A DNA stretch of 64,000 bases from Sandaracinaceae bacterium (GCA_044220955.1 JBGAQA010000029.1:8420-72419); one strand, 5' to 3'. Positions 1 through 11,541 are shown, counted from the stretch's first letter. The notes: generated from the sequence alone by a model not told the origin. Translations and numbers: made by a program.

Positions 1-26
1 GCGGAATGAACAGCTAGGGTAGCGAC

Positions 27-215
27 ATGAAGGCTAAGTTGAAGGTCACTCAGGTTCGCAGCGGGAGCGGCAAGGCCGACACGATGCGCCGCACGCTCGC
101 AGGTCTCGGCCTGAAGGGCCCGCATTCGCAGGTCGTCGTGGACAACACGCCGGCGTTCCGCGGGGCGATCAAGAAGGTCCTGCACATGGTCACGGTGGAG
201 GAAGTCAATGGCTGA
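27..215 (+). CDS. rpmD: 50S ribosomal protein L30
   Basis: 62 aa basic protein (LKVTQVRS...TLAGLGL...VVVDNTPAFRGAIKKVLHMV), directly upstream of rplO-secY. Confidence 0.95.
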   Translation: MKAKLKVTQVRSGSGKADTMRRTLAGLGLKGPHSQVVVDNTPAFRGAIKKVLHMVTVEEVNG

Positions 216-750
216 CGAGCAGCAGGTTCCGATCCTCTCCCGCCTGCGCGCGCCGGAGGGCTCGGTCTCGCAGAAGAAGCGCGTCGGTCGCGGCGTGGGC
301 TCGGGCGTGGGCAAGACGTCCGGTCGCGGTCAGAAGGGCCAGAAGGCCCGTCAGCCCGGCAACATCCACAAGCTCCACTTCGAGGGCGGCCAGATGCCGC
401 TCAACCGTCGCCTGCCGAAGCACGGTTTCAACAACAAGTTCCCGACCGAGCTCGCGATCGTGAACGTCGGCGACCTCGACGTCTTCGCGGCCGGCGCGAC
501 CGTCGACCAGTCGTCGCTTCGTGAGAAGGGCCTCGTCCGCGGGGCGTGGGACGGGATCAAGATCCTCGGCAACGGCGAGCTCTCGCTGAAGCTCACGATC
601 AAGGCCGAGGGCTTCTCGGCCTCCGCGAAGGCGAAGATCGAGAAGGCCGGTGGCACGATCGAAGTGATCAAGCACGAGCCGAAGCCGGTCGTGCGCCACT
701 CTGCGTCGTCCCGCAGCGGCTCCGCCGCGGGCAAGAAGAAGAAGGCCTGA
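208..750 (+). CDS. rplO: 50S ribosomal protein L15
   Basis: RVGRGVGSGVGKTSGRGQKGQKAR and FEGGQMPLNRRLPKHGF motifs; spc operon position. Confidence 0.97.
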   Translation: MADEQQVPILSRLRAPEGSVSQKKRVGRGVGSGVGKTSGRGQKGQKARQPGNIHKLHFEGGQMPLNRRLPKHGFNNKFPTELAIVNVGDLDVFAAGATVDQSSLREKGLVRGAWDGIKILGNGELSLKLTIKAEGFSASAKAKIEKAGGTIEVIKHEPKPVVRHSASSRSGSAAGKKKKA

Positions 751-759
751 GCCGATCCC

Positions 760-2073
<1,314 letters not shown>

Positions 2074-2075
2074 CG

Positions 2076-2720
2076 ATGGACTTGGTGCTCTTCGGGCCCC
2101 CCGGGGCGGGCAAGGGAACCCAGGCGAAGTTCCTCGTCGACAAGCTGGGGATCCCCCAGATCTCGACCGGCGACATGATGCGCGCCGAGCGGAAGTCCGG
2201 GAGCGAGCTCGGGCAGCGCTTCGACTCGTACATGACCAAGGGGCTGCTCGTCCCGGACGACCTGGTCATCGAGCTGCTCGAGAAGCGCCTGCGGGCCGAT
2301 GACGCCCAGGCCGGGGCCATCTTCGACGGCTTCCCCCGGACCGTGGCACAAGCTGTGGCGCTCCAGGCCATGCTGAGCCGGCTGGGTCGGAAGATCGACC
2401 GGGTGATCGCGGTCGAGATCCCGGAAGACCTCGTAGTCGATCGAATTTCCGGCAGAAGAAGCTGCGAGCAGTGTGGACACGTCTACCACGTGCGCTATAA
2501 CCCGCCCCCTCCGTCGGGCCGGTGCGAGCGCTGTGGCAGCGAGCGCATCATCCAGCGGGACGACGACCGGGAAGAGAAGGTCCGGCATCGCAACGTGGAG
2601 TATCTGGACAAGACGCTGCCCCTGCTCGCGCACTTCGAGGCTCTCGGGGTGGTCAAGAGGATCGACGGGGCCGGGAGCGTGGAAGACGTGACGCGGCGAG
2701 TAGACGCCGCGCTAGGCTGA
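2076..2720 (+). CDS. adk: Adenylate kinase, Zn-binding LID type
   Basis: GPPGAGKGTQ P-loop, ISTGDMMR, FDGFPRT, LID CEQC...CERC; ATG at 2076 lies inside the longer 1677..2720 ORF. Confidence 0.97.
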   Translation: MDLVLFGPPGAGKGTQAKFLVDKLGIPQISTGDMMRAERKSGSELGQRFDSYMTKGLLVPDDLVIELLEKRLRADDAQAGAIFDGFPRTVAQAVALQAMLSRLGRKIDRVIAVEIPEDLVVDRISGRRSCEQCGHVYHVRYNPPPPSGRCERCGSERIIQRDDDREEKVRHRNVEYLDKTLPLLAHFEALGVVKRIDGAGSVEDVTRRVDAALG

Positions 2721-2731
2721 GAGAGGGCGTC

Positions 2732-2935
2732 GTGCCCGGTCAGGTCGAGGGAATCGTCGAAGAGGAAGTTCCCCGAGGCCTCTACCGAGTTCGCAGCGAG
2801 GACGGTCGAACCTTCCTCGCGGGTCTGCCGACGACGAGTCGGCACGGAATCGTGAAGTTGCTCCCGGGTGACCGGGTGATCTTGGAAGTGTCGCCGACGG
2901 ACGACACGCGAGCGCGAATCAAGCGGAAGCTGTGA
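2732..2935 (+). CDS. infA: Translation initiation factor IF-1-like protein, divergent
   Basis: 67 aa from [22 protein letters not shown] matches the IF-1 C-terminal pattern; canonical position between adk and rpmJ; middle region diverged. Confidence 0.72.
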   Translation: MPGQVEGIVEEEVPRGLYRVRSEDGRTFLAGLPTTSRHGIVKLLPGDRVILEVSPTDDTRARIKRKL

Positions 2936-2948
2936 TGGAGAAAGTCCG

Positions 2949-3062
2949 ATGAAGGTCCGACCCAGCGTCAAGAAGATCTGCGAGAAGTGCAAGGTCGTGC
3001 GCCGCAAGGGCGTGGTCCGCGTGATCTGCGAGAACCAGCGCCACAAGCAGCGGCAGGGCTGA
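2949..3062 (+). CDS. rpmJ: 50S ribosomal protein L36 (C+ Zn-ribbon form)
   Basis: Hand translation [37 protein letters not shown]; too short for the ORF track. Confidence 0.97.
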   Translation: MKVRPSVKKICEKCKVVRRKGVVRVICENQRHKQRQG

Positions 3063-3105
3063 GTCGCCAACCTCCTCCGACCAGAACGAATAGAGAGAAG
3101 CAGAC

Positions 3106-3471
3106 ATGGCACGTATCGCTGGCGTGGATCTCCCGGGACGAAAGCACCTCGTCATCGGCCTCCAGTACATCTACGGAATCGGACCCGCGAGCGCGAAGGC
3201 GATCTGCGAGTCGACGGGCATCGCGCCGAGCAAGCGCTGCGACGACCTCGACGACACGGACGTGAAGAAGATCCGTGACGCGCTCGAGTCGACGTACAAG
3301 GTCGAGGGCGACCTTCGTCGCGATCTCGCGATCAGCATCAAGCGCCTGATGGACCTCGGCTGCTACCGCGGCCTGCGTCACCGACGCGGCCTGCCTGTCC
3401 GCGGCCAGCGCACCCACACGAACGCGCGCACGCGCAAGGGCCCGCGCCGCGGCGCGACCGTCCGCCGGTAG
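3106..3471 (+). CDS. rpsM: 30S ribosomal protein S13
   Basis: [10 protein letters not shown]...YIYGIG...[28 protein letters not shown]. Confidence 0.98.
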   Translation: MARIAGVDLPGRKHLVIGLQYIYGIGPASAKAICESTGIAPSKRCDDLDDTDVKKIRDALESTYKVEGDLRRDLAISIKRLMDLGCYRGLRHRRGLPVRGQRTHTNARTRKGPRRGATVRR

Positions 3472-3510
3472 TCCCTCACGATTTCGACTCGCTAGGAGCT
3501 CGCGAAGAAG

Positions 3511-3939
3511 ATGTCCAAGGCCGCAACGAATCCGCCCCCCTCTGGCGCCACCGGTGGCAAGCCGCAGAAGGCGAAGAAGAAGGTCAAGAAGAACGTCGGC
3601 AGTGGCATCGCCCACGTGCAGTCGTCCTTCAACAACACGATCGTCACGATCACGGACCTGATGGGGAACGTGATCGCCTGGTCGAGCGCCGGCTCGCGCG
3701 GCTTCAAGGGCTCGCGCAAGAGCACGCCCTTCGCGGCGCAGCTCGCGGCCGAGGACGCTGCGCGCAAGGCGCAGGAGCACGGCATGACGACCGTCGCGAT
3801 CTTCGTGAAGGGCCCCGGCGCCGGTCGCGAGTCGGCGCTGCGCGCGTTCCAGACGGCCGGGATGCGCGTCACGCTCATCCGCGACGTCACCCCGATCCCG
3901 CACAACGGCTGCCGTCCCCCGAAGCGCCGCCGCGTTTGA
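3511..3939 (+). CDS. rpsK: 30S ribosomal protein S11
   Basis: [44 protein letters not shown]. Confidence 0.98.
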   Translation: MSKAATNPPPSGATGGKPQKAKKKVKKNVGSGIAHVQSSFNNTIVTITDLMGNVIAWSSAGSRGFKGSRKSTPFAAQLAAEDAARKAQEHGMTTVAIFVKGPGAGRESALRAFQTAGMRVTLIRDVTPIPHNGCRPPKRRRV

Positions 3940-3956
3940 ACTAGAGAGACACAGCC

Positions 3957-4583
3957 ATGGCACGTTACACCGGACCGTCCTGCAAGCTCTGCCGCCGCGA
4001 GGGAGAGAAGCTCTTCCTCAAGGGCGATCGCTGCTACACCGACAAGTGCGCGTTCGACCGCCGCCCCTATCCGCCGGGTCAGCATGGACAGCGCCGCACC
4101 AAGGTGACCGAGTACGGCATCCGCCTTCGTGAGAAGCAGAAGGTCCGTCGTATCTACGGCGTCCTCGAGCGCCAGTTCCGCAAGTACTTCGCCGAGGCCG
4201 ATCGCATCAAGGGCGTCACGGGCGAGAACCTGCTCATGCTGCTCGAGCGCCGCCTCGACAGCGCTTGCTACCGTCTCGGTTTCGCGGCCACGCGCTCGGA
4301 CGCTCGCCAGCTCGTGCGTCACCGCCACGTGAAGGTGAACGGCAAGGTCGTCAGCATTCCGAGCTTCTGCGTGAAGCCGGGCGACAAGGTCTCGATCCAC
4401 GAGCGCAGCCGCGAGACTGGCCGCGTCAAGACCGCCCTCGAGGGCGTCGAGCGCCGCGGCGTCCCCGAGTGGCTCGAGCTCGACAAGAACGAGTTCACCG
4501 GCACCGTGAAGGGCATGCCGATCCGCGAGGCGATCACGCTCCCGATCAAGGAGCAGTTCATCGTCGAGTTCTACAGCCGCTAG
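3957..4583 (+). CDS. rpsD: 30S ribosomal protein S4 (Cys-containing form)
   Basis: [35 protein letters not shown]. Confidence 0.98.
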   Translation: MARYTGPSCKLCRREGEKLFLKGDRCYTDKCAFDRRPYPPGQHGQRRTKVTEYGIRLREKQKVRRIYGVLERQFRKYFAEADRIKGVTGENLLMLLERRLDSACYRLGFAATRSDARQLVRHRHVKVNGKVVSIPSFCVKPGDKVSIHERSRETGRVKTALEGVERRGVPEWLELDKNEFTGTVKGMPIREAITLPIKEQFIVEFYSR

Positions 4584-4689
4584 TTCCTGATTCGTACGAC
4601 GCCACGGGTGGTCCGTGGCGATCTCGGGCGCGCTCGAGAGGGCACGCAGGCAAGACGGTCATATTACCGTTCTGGAGATGGAGAGAGAC

Positions 4690-5703
4690 ATGACGACGTT
4701 CGTTGCGCGCAACTGGCGAGACCTCATCAAGCCCAAGACCGTTCCGGTCGAGGACGGCTCGTCGCACTACGCGAAGTTCGTCTGCGAGCCGCTCGAGCGC
4801 GGGTTCGGCATCACGCTCGGCAATGCCCTTCGTCGCGTGCTCCTCAGCTCGCTCCAGGGCGCGGCCATCACCGCCGTGAAGATCGACGGCGCGCTCCACG
4901 AGTTCACCTCCGTCCCCGACGTCGTCGAGGACGTGACCGACATCGTGCTGAACCTCAAGGAGGTCGTCGTCCGCGCGCACTCGCCGAAGACGCACGTCGT
5001 CCGGATCGACAAGGAAGGCCCCTGCGAGGTCATGGCCGGTGACATCCAGGTCTCCGACCAGATCGAGGTGCTCAACCCGAAGCACGTCATCTGCACCGTC
5101 AGCAAGGGCGGACGCTTCTCGGCGGAGCTGACGATCAACGTCGGCCGCGGCTACGTCCCGGCGGATCGCAACAAGACGCCCGGCATGGCGATCGGCACCG
5201 TCGCGATCGACGCGCTGTTCTCGCCGATCAAGAAGGTCAACTACACGGTCACCAACGCCCGCGTCGGCCAGATCACCGACTACGACAAGCTCACCCTCGA
5301 GGTGTGGACGAACGGGTCGGTGAAGCCGCAGGACGCGGTCGCGTACGCGGCGAAGATCCTCAAGGACCAGCTCTCCATCTTCATCAACTTCGAAGAGGAG
5401 GAAGAGGCGAGCGCCGCGGACTCGAACGAGGACGAGCCGCTGAACGAGAACCTCTTCCGTTCGGTCGAGGAGCTCGAGCTCTCGGTCCGCTCGGCGAACT
5501 GCCTGCAGAACGCGAACATCCACCTCATCGGCGAGCTGGTCCAGAAGACCGAAGCGGAGATGCTGAAGACGAAGAACTTCGGCCGCAAGTCGCTGAAGGA
5601 GATCAAGGAGATCCTCGCGGACATGGGTCTCTCGCTCGGCATGAAGATCGATTCGTGGCCGGCGATGGTCGAGCGCTGGAAGGCGCAGCAGGCGCAGGCG
5701 TAG
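4690..5703 (+). CDS. rpoA: DNA-directed RNA polymerase subunit alpha
   Basis: [51 protein letters not shown] at 4690 after GGAGAGAGAC. Confidence 0.98.
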   Translation: MTTFVARNWRDLIKPKTVPVEDGSSHYAKFVCEPLERGFGITLGNALRRVLLSSLQGAAITAVKIDGALHEFTSVPDVVEDVTDIVLNLKEVVVRAHSPKTHVVRIDKEGPCEVMAGDIQVSDQIEVLNPKHVICTVSKGGRFSAELTINVGRGYVPADRNKTPGMAIGTVAIDALFSPIKKVNYTVTNARVGQITDYDKLTLEVWTNGSVKPQDAVAYAAKILKDQLSIFINFEEEEEASAADSNEDEPLNENLFRSVEELELSVRSANCLQNANIHLIGELVQKTEAEMLKTKNFGRKSLKEIKEILADMGLSLGMKIDSWPAMVERWKAQQAQA

Positions 5704-5708
5704 ACAAC

Positions 5709-5732
5709 GCCTATAGCGAATTGGCTATAGGC
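5709..5732. promoter_or_regulatory. Inverted repeat between rpoA and rplQ
   Basis: GCCTATAGC-GAATTG-GCTATAGGC: perfect 9-bp arms, AT-rich for this genome. Confidence 0.4.
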
Positions 5733-5755
5733 CTGGTCCAGAAGAAGAGTCAGTC

Positions 5756-6241
5756 ATGCATCACCACAAAGCAGGCCGTAAGTTCGGGCGCAACACGTCG
5801 CACCGCCGCGCGATGTTCCGCAACCTCGCGGCGAACCTCGTGCTTCACGAGCGCGTCGAGACGACGGACGCGAAGGCGAAGGAGATCCGCAGCATCGTGG
5901 AGCGTCTGATCACGCGCGCCACGCGGCTGGGCGACGACCTCACGGCCGACATCGGCAAGCTCAAGGAGGGCGAGGGCGAGAAGGTCCTCGCGCGCCGCGT
6001 GCACGCGCAGCGCATCGTCGCGAGCTTCTTGCCGCGTCACGGCACGAAGACGAACTCGGATGGGACGACCGAGGAGGTCGATCTCGTCCACAAGCTCTTC
6101 CACGACATCGCGCCGCGTTTCATGGCGCGCGTGAAGGAGAACAAGGGCGGCGGCTACACGCGCATCGTGAAGCTCAACCCGCGCCGCGGCGACAACTCGC
6201 CGATGGCGATCGTCGAGATCCTGCCCGCCAGCGAGAGCTGA
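5756..6241 (+). CDS. rplQ: 50S ribosomal protein L17 with internal insertions
   Basis: GRKFGRNTSHRRAMFRNLA...ERVETTDAKAKE...GGYTRIVKL..RRGDNSPMA. Confidence 0.96.
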   Translation: MHHHKAGRKFGRNTSHRRAMFRNLAANLVLHERVETTDAKAKEIRSIVERLITRATRLGDDLTADIGKLKEGEGEKVLARRVHAQRIVASFLPRHGTKTNSDGTTEEVDLVHKLFHDIAPRFMARVKENKGGGYTRIVKLNPRRGDNSPMAIVEILPASES

Positions 6242-6261
6242 GCGAGCTGCGAGCGTTCGCG

Positions 6262-6300
6262 CGAGCCCTTCCCGTCCGCGGGGAGGGCTCGTTCGCGTTC
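6262..6300 (+). terminator. Probable intrinsic terminator of the alpha operon
   Basis: CGAGCCCTTCCC-GTCCGC-GGGGAGGGCTCG hairpin followed by TTCGCGTTC, 20 nt after the rplQ stop, facing a convergent gene. Confidence 0.6.
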
Positions 6301-6371
6301 TGGCCGCGCGCTCGCGCGTCTTGGTCCGGCTCCGCGCGCGTAGTCGAGGGGCGGCGCGTACGGGAGATCGG

Positions 6372-8036
6372 TCAGCTCTCCCAGATCACCTTCTTCTTGG
6401 CATCGAACCAGCCGTCGAGCTTCGCGGCCGCGTGGGCCTCGAGCTTCGCGCGCTTCAGCTTCATCGTGGGCGTCAGGAACCCGTTCTCGATCGTCCACGG
6501 CTCCTTCGCGATCACCACGAACTGCATCTGCTCGTAGCTCGAGAGCCCGGCGTTCGTCTTGTCGAGCAGCTCGGCGAGCGACTTCTCCACCTCCGCCTTC
6601 TTGGCGTCGTCCAGAGACTTCCGTGTCTCCTCGCTCAGCACGACGTAGGCGAACGCCGCTGGCTGTCCGACGCCCGAGACGCACGAGAGCTCGACGAAAG
6701 GACACTCGTTCAGCTTGTTCTCGATCGGCGCGGGCGCGACGTACTTGCCCTTCGCCGTCTTGAAGAGCTCCTTCACGCGGCCCGTGATCTTGAGGAGGCC
6801 CTCCGGCGTGCGCTCGCCGCGATCCCCGGTCTTGAAGTAGCCGTCGTCCGTGAAGGCCTCCTTCGTGAGGTCGGGCTGCTTGAAGTAGCCGGTCATCGTG
6901 CCGGGGCTCTTGATCAGGATCTCGCCGTCGTCGCTGATCTTCACGAGCACGCCTTCGTGCGGAACACCGACGTAGCCGGGCTTCGAGAGGCCGGGCTTGC
7001 TCATGTGCGAGTACGCGAAGTCCTCGGTCATCGCGTAACCCTCCATGAGGTTGAGGCCCAGGCGCCGGTACCACGCGATGAGCTCGGCCGGGATGGGCGC
7101 CGAGCCCGAGCCCGCGAGACGCACGTGCTCGAGCCCCAGGTTCGTGAGCACCTTCTTGCCGATGAACCCCCTCACGATGGGGATCGAGAGCAGCAAGCTC
7201 AGCCGGTCGGGCGGCATCTTCGCGAACACCCCGTGCTGGAACTTCAGCCAGAGGCGCGGCACCGAGAGGAAGATCGTCGGCCGCGCGCGATTGAGATCCT
7301 TGACGAACGTATCGAGGCTCTCGGCGAAGAAGACGCGCATGCCGGACACGAACGACGCCGACTCGATGTACGCACGCTCGAACACGTGCGCGAGCGGCAG
7401 GTACGAGAGCGCGCGGTCCTGATCGGTCGCCTCCACGCCGCGCACGATGCCCTCCGCAGCGTCCGACAGGTGCGCGAAGTCGTGCATGACGCCCTTGGGC
7501 TTGCCGGTCGAGCCCGACGTGTAGATGAGCATCGCGAGGTCGGCGCCGTCGCGCACGGGCTTGCCGGCGATCGGCTCCGCCTTCGCGACGAGATCCTCCC
7601 AGCGCGGGGTGACGTCCGGCGGGCCCATCGGCATCGCGAGCTTCGCGACGCCGTCGGGGACGCCTTTCTCCTGGTCCTTCCAGGTGTCGAGCTTGCCGAC
7701 CAGCACGACCTTGGCCTCGCTGTGCTCGAGCACGTATCGAATCGTCTCGGCGCTCTCGGTCGGGAAGATCGCGACGGTCGTGAACCCGCCCATCCAGATC
7801 GCCAGCTCGGCGATGAAGAAGTGCGCCGTGTTCTTGGTGAGCATGGCGACGCGGTCGCCCTGGCTCAGGCCCATCGACCGCAGGTGCGTCGCCATGCGTC
7901 GCGCCTCGTCGACCGCTTGGCCCCACGTGAAGTCCTTCACCTGCCCACCGCCGAGTGGCTGGGTGAGCCAGACGCGATCGCGCCAGGCGGCTTCGTGGTC
8001 GTAGATGTGCTCGAGGATCTGCTTCTTGGCTGCCAT
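6372..8036 (-). CDS. Long-chain fatty acid--CoA ligase (AMP-binding, ACSL-like)
   Basis: YTSGSTGKPKG, SYLPLAHVFER, EGYAMTE, FKTGD, KGKYVAPAPIEN, LTPTMKLKR. Confidence 0.9.
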   Translation of the reverse strand: MAAKKQILEHIYDHEAAWRDRVWLTQPLGGGQVKDFTWGQAVDEARRMATHLRSMGLSQGDRVAMLTKNTAHFFIAELAIWMGGFTTVAIFPTESAETIRYVLEHSEAKVVLVGKLDTWKDQEKGVPDGVAKLAMPMGPPDVTPRWEDLVAKAEPIAGKPVRDGADLAMLIYTSGSTGKPKGVMHDFAHLSDAAEGIVRGVEATDQDRALSYLPLAHVFERAYIESASFVSGMRVFFAESLDTFVKDLNRARPTIFLSVPRLWLKFQHGVFAKMPPDRLSLLLSIPIVRGFIGKKVLTNLGLEHVRLAGSGSAPIPAELIAWYRRLGLNLMEGYAMTEDFAYSHMSKPGLSKPGYVGVPHEGVLVKISDDGEILIKSPGTMTGYFKQPDLTKEAFTDDGYFKTGDRGERTPEGLLKITGRVKELFKTAKGKYVAPAPIENKLNECPFVELSCVSGVGQPAAFAYVVLSEETRKSLDDAKKAEVEKSLAELLDKTNAGLSSYEQMQFVVIAKEPWTIENGFLTPTMKLKRAKLEAHAAAKLDGWFDAKKKVIWES

Positions 8037-8141
8037 CGAGCGCCGAGCACACCCGAGATTTCGCGCGCTGGCAAGCGTGGCGTGCTCTCGCGCGCGAGCG
8101 CGGATGGGAGCGGGCTGATGTTCGCTCGTCCGCGTTCCGCC

Positions 8142-11100
8142 TCACGGCGCACGGCGCCCGAGGACCAGGCCCTCGAGCCGCACCCCGCCCCGCGCCTCGG
8201 CCTGAGCCAGGAGCGTCGCCGGCTCCACGTCGGTCATCGCCAGCCGGAGGTCGAGCTGCAGCACCGAGCGACCGTCGTGGTAGAGCAGGTGCGAGCCGTC
8301 GGACGCGAGCATCGCGGAGAGCGGAGCGCTGGCGGTCCGGACGATCCGCAGCGGTGTCAGGTCGGTCGGTGACAGGATCTGGACGCTCGGATCGTCCGCC
8401 ACGCTGACGATCGAGCGACCGTCTGCCGACCAGACGACGCCGTTCACGTAGCGATCGTGCGCCTGGGCGGACACCACGACGTGTCCGTCGTGTGGGTCGA
8501 CGATCCGCACGCGCCCGGTCTGGTCACCCACGAGGAGCCGATCGCCACGTGGCGAGAACGTGAGGGCCGAGACCGGCTGGTCGTCGCCGACCATCGCGTG
8601 CTCGGTCGTGATGCCCGCCAGCGCGATGACACGCACGGACCCGTCGTGCCCGCCGACGGCGAGGCGGGTCCCGTCGCTCGAGACGGCGAGGGACTGCACC
8701 GTCGTCTCGGGGATCGGGATGGGCGTGTCCTCGGCGTGCGCGGCGCGCGACCATCGGAGCACGCTCGAAGCCGTGGGTGCGCCAGCGTAGATGGTCTCGC
8801 CGTCGGGGGAGACGGCCAGCCCGCGAAGGCCGATCGACACCGAGTAGTCCTGCACCGCCGGTCGCAGGGTCGTCGGCGCGTAGTCGGGCGCCTCCGCGAT
8901 CAACAGGCCGCCGCGCAAGGTGAGGAGCACGATCGCCCCGTCGGCGGCGACGCGGCAGTGCTCGACGATTCCCACGCCCGGCGGGAGCGTCGCGAGCTGG
9001 GTGGCCGCGCCGAGGTGTCCGCTCGGGAGCAGCGGGATCGACCAGATCGCGGAGAGCGAGGCGGCGATCAAGCGGTGGCGCGGCGCGTCGATCTGCAGGT
9101 CGCGCACGCCCGCGCTGAGGCCGACGGCGTCGCGCGCGCCGCCGCCGACCGCGCGCATGATCGTGGCGTCGCCGAGGCTCGTGCGCGACTCGCTGGGGAA
9201 GAACACGAGGCGCGACCCCGCGATCTCGACGCGCCCGCCGTTCGCGTCGGGGAAGTGGACGACGTCGAGCGTACGACCGTCCGCCGCGTCCCGGATGGTC
9301 ACGTGGTCTCCGTTCTCGTAGAGGGCCAGCGAGCCGGACTCGTCCCAGGCCATCGCGGTCGGCCAGGTGCGCGTCATCAGCTCGCGGACTCGAGGCGAGG
9401 CGTCGGGCGTCTCGGGGCGGAAGACGAGCGTGGCCACGAAATCGCTCGCGAGCACGGCGAGCCGATCTCCGCGCGGCGCGAACGCGGTCACGTAGGGCAG
9501 CGCACGCAGGGGCACGTGGCGAGCCTCGCCCGCGAGCGGCCAGGACCAGAGCTCGAGCTCCGGGACGTCGGTCGAGACCACCGCGATGCGGTCGCCCGCC
9601 GGGGACATCGTCCCGCGCAGCTGGCCGCGGTACGCGCTGGTCCAGCGCGCCACCTCGGTCATCCCGTCCGCAGTGAGCACGAGGATCGTCCCATCCGCGC
9701 TGGTCACCAGGATGGTGTCGCGCGTCGTCTGCGCGCTCATCGGGTCGGGCGTCTCGAACAGACGGTGTCCGTCCGAGAGGTCGTAGACGCCGGGCGCGCT
9801 GCTGGAGATCACGGCGACCCCGTTCGCTCCGAGCGCTCGAACGCGGCGCGCCTGGAGCTCGAGGCGCCGCTCGGTCCCGGCGTCGAGGTCGACGATTCGC
9901 ATCGCCGTCTCGGTCGGGATGGCGATGGTGCGGCCATCGGCGGAGACGGCGCTTCGCAGGTGCGCTCCCGGGACCGTGCGCTCGAACTCGAAGCGTCGGC
10001 GGGCCTCGGCCTCGAGGTAGAGCGAGAGCGCGCGGACGTGGCGTGACGGCGGTGCGTGCATGGCGGCGCTGGAGTCGCGTACGAGGACCCCCGCGGCGAA
10101 CACAGCCGCGCCGGCGGCATCGCCCTCGAAGAGCGCGCGCTCCGCCCGCTCGAGCAGGGCGTCGGCGACGGCGCTCTCCGCCGCATGCATGCTGTCCTCG
10201 GCCGAGCTCCGCTCGCGCATCGCCTCGTCCCGGGCGCTCTCGGCGATCGCTCGGGCGTGCGCCTCGTCCAGCAGGCTCTGATAGACGAGCACCGATGCGA
10301 CGATGATCGAGAGGGCCACCGCGAGCACCGCTCCCGACGCGGCTCGGTGCTTCCGGACGAAGCGCATCGCGAGCTCGTACGCGGAGTACTCGTACGCGCC
10401 GACGGTGCGCCCGTCGAGATACGCCCCGATCTCCTTGGCCACCTCGCCGGCGTTCGGGTAGCGCGACGAGGCATCGCGCATGAGCGCGCGGTCGACGATG
10501 GCGGCGAGCTCGGCCGGCGCGTCCGGCGCTGCCTCGAGCACGCGCGGCGGCGGCGCGTCGAGCACCTTGGCGAGCACGTCGAGGGCGCTCGAGCCGACGT
10601 AGGGAGGCCGGCCGGCGAGGATCTCGAAGAGGATGGTCCCGAGGCCCCACACGTCGGCGCGCTCGTCGATCGACCCGAGCTCGCCACGCGCCTGCTCCGG
10701 GCTCATGTAGGCCGGCGTGCCGATGGCGTGCCCGTCGAGCGTCCGTGCCAGGTCGTCGACGGCGCTCGGGCGGCCGCTCTGACCCGAGATGCGATCGCTG
10801 GCGATCTCCGCCTCTCCCCGCACCTTCGCGAGGCCCCAGTCGACGACCAGCGTGTCGCCGAACTCGCCGACCATCACGTTGTCCGGTTTCAGGTCGCGGT
10901 GCACGACGCCCTTGCTGTGCGCGTAGGCCACGGCCTCGCAGACGTGCCGGAAGACGCCGAGCAGCGTGAGCCTCTCGGCCAGCGTGGTCTTCTCCTTGAG
11001 CACGCTGGCGAGGGAGCGGCCGCGGATCCGCTTCATCGTGTAGTAGATCGTCCCGTCGGCGCGCTGGCCGAGCTCGTGGACGGGGACGATCCCGGGATGC

Positions 11101-11534
11101 TCGAGCTGGCCGGTGATCCGCGCCTCGCGCAGGAAGCGAGCCGCCGAGCCGATGCTCATCGCGTCCTGCCCCGGCGGGCTCTGGTCGAGGAGCTCCTTCA
11201 GCGCGACCTCGCGACCGAGGTGCGTGTCCTTCACCACGACGACGCGGCCCATGCCGCCCCGCCCGAGCTCGTCTTGCCGGACGTAGCGTCCGGGGTGCTC
11301 GCTGGTCAGCGCCATGTGCGCGCGGCCCTGGCGCGCCGAGGCGACCTCGGGCGTCATCGTCGGCGCGAGCGCCGGATCGGTGGCCCTCGGGCCCGCGCTC
11401 GGGCGCCCGTCGTTCTCGGCGACGTAGGTCCGCGGGATGGGGGCCGCTGCGGCCGGGGAGGCGGCGATCTCGCCGCTCCCCAGCGTCTTGGCGAGCGCCG
11501 GGTCTGCACCGGGTTCCCGCTCGTTCGCGGCCAC
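8142..11534 (-). CDS. Ser/Thr protein kinase with C-terminal WD40-like beta-propeller
   Basis: GRGGMG, VALK, HRDLKPDN, DWGLAK, GTPAYMSPEQ; hydrophobic segment after the kinase; SPDG/AH..VNGVVWS repeats. Confidence 0.9.
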   Translation of the reverse strand: MAANEREPGADPALAKTLGSGEIAASPAAAAPIPRTYVAENDGRPSAGPRATDPALAPTMTPEVASARQGRAHMALTSEHPGRYVRQDELGRGGMGRVVVVKDTHLGREVALKELLDQSPPGQDAMSIGSAARFLREARITGQLEHPGIVPVHELGQRADGTIYYTMKRIRGRSLASVLKEKTTLAERLTLLGVFRHVCEAVAYAHSKGVVHRDLKPDNVMVGEFGDTLVVDWGLAKVRGEAEIASDRISGQSGRPSAVDDLARTLDGHAIGTPAYMSPEQARGELGSIDERADVWGLGTILFEILAGRPPYVGSSALDVLAKVLDAPPPRVLEAAPDAPAELAAIVDRALMRDASSRYPNAGEVAKEIGAYLDGRTVGAYEYSAYELAMRFVRKHRAASGAVLAVALSIIVASVLVYQSLLDEAHARAIAESARDEAMRERSSAEDSMHAAESAVADALLERAERALFEGDAAGAAVFAAGVLVRDSSAAMHAPPSRHVRALSLYLEAEARRRFEFERTVPGAHLRSAVSADGRTIAIPTETAMRIVDLDAGTERRLELQARRVRALGANGVAVISSSAPGVYDLSDGHRLFETPDPMSAQTTRDTILVTSADGTILVLTADGMTEVARWTSAYRGQLRGTMSPAGDRIAVVSTDVPELELWSWPLAGEARHVPLRALPYVTAFAPRGDRLAVLASDFVATLVFRPETPDASPRVRELMTRTWPTAMAWDESGSLALYENGDHVTIRDAADGRTLDVVHFPDANGGRVEIAGSRLVFFPSESRTSLGDATIMRAVGGGARDAVGLSAGVRDLQIDAPRHRLIAASLSAIWSIPLLPSGHLGAATQLATLPPGVGIVEHCRVAADGAIVLLTLRGGLLIAEAPDYAPTTLRPAVQDYSVSIGLRGLAVSPDGETIYAGAPTASSVLRWSRAAHAEDTPIPIPETTVQSLAVSSDGTRLAVGGHDGSVRVIALAGITTEHAMVGDDQPVSALTFSPRGDRLLVGDQTGRVRIVDPHDGHVVVSAQAHDRYVNGVVWSADGRSIVSVADDPSVQILSPTDLTPLRIVRTASAPLSAMLASDGSHLLYHDGRSVLQLDLRLAMTDVEPATLLAQAEARGGVRLEGLVLGRRAP

Positions 11535-11541
11535 CGTGCGC

